Source: Cylindrospermopsis raciborskii Cr2010 (GTDB lineage: Bacteria; Cyanobacteriota; Cyanobacteriia; Cyanobacteriales; Nostocaceae). From it: a DNA stretch of 32,000 nt. The position numbers and the translations under genes are program-made. The DNA is taken from the NCBI RefSeq assembly GCF_003367075.2, contig NZ_CP065936.1, positions 780,001 through 812,000 on the forward strand. Direction: 5' to 3'. A model generated the notes under the pieces. That model was not told where the DNA came from and made no database searches. It saw nothing but the letters and a program-made list of their open reading frames with translations. Shown here one piece after another: positions 31,307 to 32,000 of this stretch (the stretch's first letter is position 1; each line of letters begins with the position of its first letter).

Positions 31307-32000
31307 TTAAGGATTAGAACTCGTTATGGCTCTTTTCATGGTTTGAAATATGTGGGTTTGATCCACTAAACCACGTCCACCTGGTATAGTATAGGTAGAC
31401 CCAGTACTGTCTGTAAATTTTACGTTCTGTCCTGCATATATGGTTAAATTACCAGAATAAGCTCCCTGATAATAAACAGGTACAGGTCTTCTAGTATGAT
31501 TGCCCCACAGATACTTTTGGGTGGGATCTGACCCCCAAAAATGACCAGCATCTCTGGGGTTGTGCTTGATAAAGGTAATATCCTTGGCATTATATTTCAA
31601 TCCCCTAGCCATTTTTCCATCTTGGGGAGTTAATTTCTGGGGAAAATCATCGTTTAGTGTCAGATAGTGGTCATGGTCAGCAGTCACAATCAGCAAATTT
31701 TTCTTCCATCCACCATTAGTGTTAATCCAATCAACCACACTTTGAACGGCTTTGTCAAAGTCATTGACTGTACCAATTAAATTATCCATATTATTGTCAT
31801 GAGCTGCCCAGTCAATATCACCACCCTCTACCATTAGCCAGAAACCATCCCTATCTTTACCAAGGACAGTTAGAGCTGCTTTGGTCATTTCCTCTAAGGT
31901 GGGATTTTCGTTGATTTCTCTAGCAATAAAGGAAGCATTGGTTTCACCAGGAGCCAAAGGACGAACAGTATCTGTATTAGCTGAGTTAGCAGTGGTAGGG
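31307..32000 (-). CDS. Alkaline phosphatase (PhoA family), C-terminal part; continues past the right edge
   Basis: GFWLMVEGGDIDWAAHDNN and LLIVTADHDH correspond to the E. coli PhoA blocks VEGASIDKQDHAAN and VIVTADHAH. The listed TTG start at 31957 is an artefact, because the frame stays open (…PTTANSANTDTVRP-LAPGETN) to position 32000. Confidence 0.8.
   Translation of the reverse strand, partial: PTTANSANTDTVRPLAPGETNASFIAREINENPTLEEMTKAALTVLGKDRDGFWLMVEGGDIDWAAHDNNMDNLIGTVNDFDKAVQSVVDWINTNGGWKKNLLIVTADHDHYLTLNDDFPQKLTPQDGKMARGLKYNAKDITFIKHNPRDAGHFWGSDPTQKYLWGNHTRRPVPVYYQGAYSGNLTIYAGQNVKFTDSTGSTYTIPGGRGLVDQTHIFQTMKRAITSSNP

Overview
This is cyanobacterial chromosome. Evidence: psbA, Fe-SOD, ycf45, an ldpA-like gene, HIP1 GCGATCGC palindromes and Nostocales-style small dispersed repeats. 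Positions 1-9.4 kb hold housekeeping genes: ycf45 (partial), an ldpA-like 4Fe-4S gene, lepB, pyrC, a DRTGG/phosphotransacetylase-family gene, a DprA-like gene, yajQ, a GST and a TPR protein.

An IS1-family element at 9619-10374 abuts a visibly AT-rich island of about 10 kb (10526-20594). The island has four tightly coupled + strand genes and a fifth that follows after a repeat-filled gap:
- a membrane-anchored, long coiled-coil McrB-like AAA+ NTPase
- a McrC/DUF2357-like partner whose nuclease motif looks degenerate
- a divergent UPF1-like SF1 helicase
- a double-HKD phospholipase-D-family nuclease
- an 809-aa orphan protein bracketed by inverted copies of a ~56-61 bp MITE-like repeat

I read this island as a McrBC-derived defence system. 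It is related to, but not obviously identical with, the coiled-coil nuclease tandem (CoCoNuT) class, and it is the best candidate for something new in the window.

Downstream lie sodB, two small hypothetical genes, and a cell-wall-flavoured cluster: a NodB deacetylase, a Ser/Thr kinase with SH3b, a VanY-like M15 peptidase, and a second Ser/Thr kinase. The two kinase genes share a ~1.3 kb duplication of ~97% identity, offset by exactly 2500 bp, but carry different C-terminal extracytoplasmic domains.

The right end holds psbA (E130, D1:2-type) with a recognisable promoter and terminator, a truncated Fic remnant, a DUF29 gene, a dense HIP1/repeat patch and a partial alkaline phosphatase. I found no rRNA, tRNA or CRISPR array. 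All functional calls come from motif recognition by eye; no database search was run.
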